Shown here one piece after another: positions 17,192-22,638 of a stretch of DNA of 22,638 nucleotides; the stretch's first letter is position 1; each line of letters starts with the position of its first letter. The DNA comes from Rhodothermales bacterium (GTDB lineage Bacteria; Bacteroidota; Rhodothermia; Rhodothermales; VXPQ01), in contig JBBDTI010000039.1 of assembly GCA_040904565.1 (NCBI GenBank), forward strand, positions 17,191 through 39,828, written 5' to 3'. The position numbers and the translations under genes are program-made. Below the pieces are notes generated by a model. The model worked only from the letters and a program-made list of their open reading frames with translations, did no database searches and had not been told where the DNA came from.

Positions 17192-17689
17192 CTATTCGCC
17201 CAGCCGATAATACGCGCGAACGGCGTGGTAGTCGGTCAGGTCGATACCCGTCTTCCCGACAGCCAGATCGTCGAGCACGATCATGCGCATCTCCCGATCG
17301 GGCTGAGCGAAAAGGTCGACCTCCGTGGTAGACGCCTCGTAAAAAACTTCCAGTAGATGATCGTCGAAGCCGTATCCGAGCGAGATCGTGTAATCCACGG
17401 CCGGCAAATCGGGCGACTCCTCAGCGAAGGTGTACGGCATGGCCGTCCACGTGCCCTGCTCTCTGAAAAAAACGAGCACCGCGCCGAAGTCGACCACTCG
17501 CGGCGTAATAGAAGGCACCTCGAACTGCACGGAGGCGACGGATCCGTTGACCTGCGCGTCGAGCATCGAAAAGACGAACGTCTCACTGTAGATGCCGGCG
17601 TTTCCCTGCGGTCCGCTCGGCCCATCGTCGCCGCAGCCCATGGTCGCGGCGAGGAGCACGACGATGAGTGTAGAATGCGTAGCGTTCAT
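17192..17689 (-). CDS. Hypothetical lipoprotein with a short Gly-X-Y stretch after the lipobox
   Basis: MNATHSTLIVVLLAATMG-C-GDDGPSGPQGNAG, followed by a beta-rich domain (GAVLVFFREQGTWTAMPYTF) and the tail IDLTDYHAVRAYYRLGE. Confidence 0.8.
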   Translation of the reverse strand: MNATHSTLIVVLLAATMGCGDDGPSGPQGNAGIYSETFVFSMLDAQVNGSVASVQFEVPSITPRVVDFGAVLVFFREQGTWTAMPYTFAEESPDLPAVDYTISLGYGFDDHLLEVFYEASTTEVDLFAQPDREMRMIVLDDLAVGKTGIDLTDYHAVRAYYRLGE

Positions 17690-17935
17690 GAATCAAGAAT
17701 CTCGTTATGATACCGGCGTCGCGGGAAACCGCGGGTCAACGTGTCTACATCCAATATGCACAAAGAACAGGCCGAGGTGTGCCAGTGCGGCCGGCATGCG
17801 CCGTAGGAGGCGGCCTCTGACCGGAGAAACGGACGCTTCAACTCCTGCTATATAGCCTTTTCGGTCGAGGAAGAGCCCGGAACGCGTCACATCGTCAGCC
17901 ATTCCAGACGTGCAGACGGTCGGTGTCCACTTATC

Positions 17936-18000
17936 GCGACACCTTGTAACACAAAAGACGTCAGAGGCACTAATGTTACAAAGAGGTTGGGACGTGTCGC
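17936..18000. promoter_or_regulatory. Nested inverted repeat containing TTGTAACA-N22-TGTTACAA
   Basis: ttgtaaca (17944-51)/tgttacaa (17974-81) is a perfect 8-bp pair. gcgacac (17936-42)/gtgtcgc (17994-18000) is a perfect 7-bp outer pair. Confidence 0.55.
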
Positions 18001-18078
18001 CCGCTCTTGTGACCCGAGTTCAAGCCTGGTACTTTATTTGCACGTTATTAGGATGAGCGCGGAGAAAGCGCGACGGGA

Positions 18079-18136
18079 TGACAAACTGTCAACCTGGCAG
18101 GTATTGCTTGAAATCCAAGAGGAAAATGACTACTAT
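18079..18136 (+). promoter_or_regulatory. Putative sigma70 promoter of the ECF sigma gene with an upstream palindrome
   Basis: TTGAAA (18108-13)-17 nt-TACTAT (18131-36). The palindrome TGACA-aac-TGTCA is at 18079-18091. Confidence 0.55.
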
Positions 18137-18299
18137 GGTAAACTTTAAGGCTTGTTGAATCCTTCGGAAATACGGGAACGGGCCGATAGGGCGGCTATTA
18201 ACATGTTGTTTGACCGCGCTATCGCGCAGACATCCGGCTAGATCGTTTTATTGAGCCGGCGCGCAAACATTTGAAATCCGAACCAGACACTACGACAAC

Positions 18300-18962
18300 G
18301 TGGCGGATATAAAGAAAAAAATCGTAACGAAGACCACGCGAGACGCTGGGACCAAGCGAAAGACGGCCCTCGAAGAGATGACGGATGAGGACCTGATGTC
18401 GCAGTTTCAGTCCGGCTCCGTGGCCGCGTTCAACATCCTCGTTGAACGCTACTCGGAACGGTTGATGCATTACTTGTACGGCTTTCTCGGCGACATGCGC
18501 CGTTGCGAGGACCTGCTCCAGGAAACGTTCCTGCGGGTCTATCGCAACCGGCACTCGTATCGTCGCATAGCGAAGTTCTCTACGTGGCTGTACACCATTG
18601 CGGGTAACCTGGCGCGTTCGGAATACCGCAAGCGGAAGCGGCGGCGCCTGTACTCCATACAGAGCGTGAACCGCGACAACGAGGAGTACGAGATGCAGCT
18701 TCCGGACGAATCGTTTTCGCCGGACAGGCATGCGGAGAGCACGATTCAGGACAAGCACATTCAGCAGGCCCTGAACGAAATCCCCGCGTCCTTTCGCGAG
18801 GTCGTGGTGCTGCGCGACGTGCAGCAGCTCGCCTACGACGAGATCGCGGAGATCACCGGTCTTCCGATGGGTACGGTGAAGAGCCGCATCAACCGAGGCC
18901 GAACCAAGCTTCAGGCCTTGCTCAAGGACGTGTATCCGTTCCAGCAGGCTGAGACGGCGTAA
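18300..18962 (+). CDS. RNA polymerase sigma-70 factor, ECF subfamily (RpoE/SigW-like)
   Basis: Region 2 AFNILVERY...EDLLQETFLRVY...KFSTWLYTIAGN. Region 4 FREVVVLRDVQQLAYDEIAEITGLPMGTVKSRINRGR. GTG start at 18300, with an alternative ATG at 18378. Confidence 0.94.
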   Translation: MADIKKKIVTKTTRDAGTKRKTALEEMTDEDLMSQFQSGSVAAFNILVERYSERLMHYLYGFLGDMRRCEDLLQETFLRVYRNRHSYRRIAKFSTWLYTIAGNLARSEYRKRKRRRLYSIQSVNRDNEEYEMQLPDESFSPDRHAESTIQDKHIQQALNEIPASFREVVVLRDVQQLAYDEIAEITGLPMGTVKSRINRGRTKLQALLKDVYPFQQAETA

Positions 18963-18990
18963 CTAGCAGATATAGAATGGTACATAAAGG

Positions 18991-19027
18991 ACCCCGGCAC
19001 CGTCACGTACGGTGTCGGGGTTTTTTG
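18991..19027 (+). terminator. Rho-independent terminator after the ECF sigma gene
   Basis: 13-bp stem accccggcaccgt/acggtgtcggggt (one G-U) with a 5-nt loop, followed by a T-tract. Confidence 0.88.
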
Positions 19028-19123
19028 TTGCGCCGGTCGTCGGTTCATCCGGCCACCTGCCGTTCCCGCGTTTCGAATGCGCGCGCCGCGGCTGCACGCG
19101 TGGTGCGGCCCTCTACGGCAGGT

Positions 19124-19216
19124 TCAGGCTACGAGTCCGATAACGACCATGACCAGTACGAAGGCCAGCAGTATGCCGACGGCAATGACGATCTCTTTTT
19201 TACGCCGTTTGTTCAT
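19124..19216 (-). CDS. Small single-TM membrane peptide, 30 aa (not in ORF track)
   Basis: MNKRRKKEIVIAVGILLAFVLVMVVIGLVA*. A basic N-terminus precedes a 22-residue uncharged hydrophobic run. AGGGA lies 7 nt upstream, and the ATG is 28 nt after the stop of the upstream gene. Confidence 0.7.
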   Translation of the reverse strand: MNKRRKKEIVIAVGILLAFVLVMVVIGLVA

Positions 19217-19244
19217 GGCTTATTCCCTGGTATCATCCGTTTTC

Positions 19245-19688
19245 CTATAGAAACGTAGCGGCGGCCAGCGCGGCCGCCGTCAGGCACAGCACGACGACGG
19301 TAAGGCATCCCTTCTTTTCCTTACGCTTCACTTTCTTGACCCGGGCGGTCTCTGCGCCCTCACGGGGGGCGACGGGAGCGCGCGGTCCCTTTCGCTGCAG
19401 CCGTTCCCTGGCCCCGTCGAGCCGTTCCTTCAGCCGAATCACCTGTGCACTCGGTCCTCGCTGTTCCTCAATGCGGACGGCCTCTTCGAGCGCTTCGACC
19501 TCCTTGCCGTGCTGTCCCAATGCCCGGTAAAGCGCGGCCATACGTTCATACGTATAGGCGACGTCGCATCCCTCCCTCACGTTCTCTTCGTACAGCCGAA
19601 GGGCTTCGACCGTTTTCCCTTCCGCCTCCAGGTGCTCCGCCTGTTCATTGCGCTCGAACCATTTCTTGCGCTTGGCCCGCTCGTTCAT
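19245..19688 (-). CDS. TPR-like helical protein with a C-terminal membrane anchor
   Basis: AEHLEAEGKTVEALRLYEENV and YERMAALYRALGQHGKEVEALEEAV fit TPR helix pairs. The tail is KKVKRKEKKGC followed by LTVVVLCLTAAALAAATFL. Confidence 0.8.
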   Translation of the reverse strand: MNERAKRKKWFERNEQAEHLEAEGKTVEALRLYEENVREGCDVAYTYERMAALYRALGQHGKEVEALEEAVRIEEQRGPSAQVIRLKERLDGARERLQRKGPRAPVAPREGAETARVKKVKRKEKKGCLTVVVLCLTAAALAAATFL

Positions 19689-19844
19689 TATACGTACTCA
19701 TTCATTTCATCACGTACCGGTTGTACTTGGTAAACCTACTAAAATCGCAGCGAGATAGCAGACAATAAGCGCCCGCTCTTCAGATTTATAACCCTCGGCC
19801 GATACTGTGAGAAATACTGTTTGCTCTCCCAGTACCCACCCGCC

Positions 19845-21233
19845 ATGCACTTCAGCTTCCGGATCCGCCCGCCGGCGATTGGCCGGCTCGACGGTGCGCC
19901 TCTCGACGCAAGAGAGGCACCGGAATGGCTGCGTACGTACCGGGTCTACTGCCTGCTAACCGGCATTTTTCTTCCTTTCTTCGGCCTCGCCTACGACGTC
20001 TCCGCCGTCGGTAACTACGATCCTCTATGGCTCCGCCTCCTTCTATCCGGTCTCTGTCTGGCGGTGCTCGGTACGTCATATGTCTCGAACTGGGTCGCGC
20101 GGCACCTGAACCACATCGTCTACACCGTCTTCATCCTGATCACGCTCTGGATGGTCGGATTGAACGTTCAGAATCAGTTCGCGGCCGATTATTCGGTCGG
20201 ACTCATATTTTGCGTCGCGGCTACATCGCTCTCGCTCAGTTTCATTCCGAGCGCCCGGCTCCCGCTTCTATGGTACCAGATCCTTATGACGGCCGTCGTA
20301 ACGGGTGCGGCGCTCCTCACGAGCGACGTCGAAACCGGGCGCGTCGTACTCGTGGCATGCCTTGCGGGTATCGCGTTCGTTACGGACGTAGCCGCGACGA
20401 TTCGGTCGCGTCTTGAAGAGGATCGCGATCGCTACAAGAACCACCTTATCGCCGCCAACGAGCGGGCCGAAGAGATGCTCCGTCTCAAGGCCTCCTTCAT
20501 CAACAACATGAATCATGAGATCCGTACGCCGCTAACGGGTATTATCGGATTCGCGGAAATCATCGGTGAAACGGCCGGCGACGAACAGCAGGAATATGCA
20601 CGCGTCATCCAGGAAGCCGGGCGGCGGCTGATGGACACGCTGACCGGCATCCTCGATCTGGCTCACCTGGAATCGGGCGGATTCAACGTGGCCATCAACC
20701 ACGTCGACCTGAACGCCGCCGCGCGCGAGGTGGTCACGTTGCTGGAAAACAGGGCCTATAATCGCAACCTGACCTTGCGCGTCGAGTGTCCACCGATACC
20801 CGTCACGGCTCGAGCCGACCATGCCGCCGTGACGCGCATCGTGTACAACCTAGTGAGCAATGGTATCAAGTTCACCGAGCACGGGGGCGTGACGATCCGC
20901 ACGCTCGTCTCAGGCGACTCGGCTCGTGTAGAAGTCGAGGATACGGGTATCGGCATCGACGACATGTTCCTCCCGTTCATCTTCGACGAATTCAAGCAGG
21001 CATCCTCGGGCGTAAACCGCAGCTTCGAAGGGACCGGCCTCGGCCTGACCGTAACCAAACGGCTCGTAGAACTTATGGACGGCACCATCACCGTCCGCAC
21101 GTCCAACGACGAAGGCAGCACCTTCATGGTAAGCCTTCCCCTCTCTACTCAGAACGAGTACGAATCGAATGGTCATCATCCCGGCGAGAGACAAGCACTT
21201 GAGGCGAGCGCCGCGCGAATCGACGTTTCATGA
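19845..21233 (+). CDS. Membrane-bound sensor histidine kinase (HisKA + HATPase_c), no receiver domain
   Basis: About 6 N-terminal TM segments. H-box NMNHEIRTPLTGIIGF, N-box LVSNGIKFT, G1 DTGIGI, F-box IFDEFKQ and G2 GTGLGL. The start is ATG 19845 or TTG 19821. Confidence 0.93.
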   Translation: MHFSFRIRPPAIGRLDGAPLDAREAPEWLRTYRVYCLLTGIFLPFFGLAYDVSAVGNYDPLWLRLLLSGLCLAVLGTSYVSNWVARHLNHIVYTVFILITLWMVGLNVQNQFAADYSVGLIFCVAATSLSLSFIPSARLPLLWYQILMTAVVTGAALLTSDVETGRVVLVACLAGIAFVTDVAATIRSRLEEDRDRYKNHLIAANERAEEMLRLKASFINNMNHEIRTPLTGIIGFAEIIGETAGDEQQEYARVIQEAGRRLMDTLTGILDLAHLESGGFNVAINHVDLNAAAREVVTLLENRAYNRNLTLRVECPPIPVTARADHAAVTRIVYNLVSNGIKFTEHGGVTIRTLVSGDSARVEVEDTGIGIDDMFLPFIFDEFKQASSGVNRSFEGTGLGLTVTKRLVELMDGTITVRTSNDEGSTFMVSLPLSTQNEYESNGHHPGERQALEASAARIDVS

Positions 21234-21319
21234 CGAACACATGGACTTAGCGGAACCAGGCGCCAGCGACTCGGTGGCATATAGTCGTGGCGCTCTCCAT
21301 AACTCATCCGTCCCGATAT

Positions 21320-22603
<1,284 letters not shown>

Positions 22604-22638
22604 TAATTCCCGCATCTCTGCGTTGCATTTACTCGCTG

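Noticed and set aside
17865-17885. GAGGAAGAGCCCGGAAC resembling the RNase P RNA GAGGAAAGUCC motif
   Set aside because: The match is imperfect and the complementary 3' conserved motif of RNase P RNA is not visible.
17705-17902. 65-aa minus-strand ORF in the large intergenic region
   Set aside because: It has no RBS, weak codon bias and no recognisable motif. It cannot be excluded, but it is not supported.
18094-18108. TGGCAG...TTGC as a sigma54 promoter
   Set aside because: The GG and GC are 8 nt apart, and sigma54 requires 10.

Overview
A GC-rich, gene-dense chromosomal window made up mostly of housekeeping genes. The gene order points to a Rhodothermus/Salinibacter-like (Rhodothermota) host, which is an inference. 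Left half (minus strand): a membrane-arm complex I operon, nuoJ-K-L-M-[ion-transporter/NhaD-like antiporter]-[pcd]-nuoN, followed by a hypothetical gene cut by the window edge. Middle: ppx/gppA, a DEDDh exonuclease fused to a UvrC/Cho-like nuclease, a lipoprotein alkaline phosphatase, mdh, a 58-aa ORF absent from the ORF track and a CDF metal exporter. Right: a SAM methyltransferase with a lipoprotein-like signal, a small lipoprotein, a stand-alone ECF sigma factor with a long, motif-rich upstream region, a 30-aa membrane peptide absent from the track, a TPR-like tail-anchored protein, an orphan histidine kinase and citrate synthase. I found no tRNA, rRNA, CRISPR array, IS element or phage gene. 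I did not find a clearly new multi-gene system. The most striking arrangement (antiporter + PCD inside the complex I operon) is, as I recall, already described for Rhodothermus marinus. The better leads for novelty are the small unannotated ORFs, the apparently exported methyltransferase, the His-rich NuoL insertion and the regulatory region of the orphan ECF.
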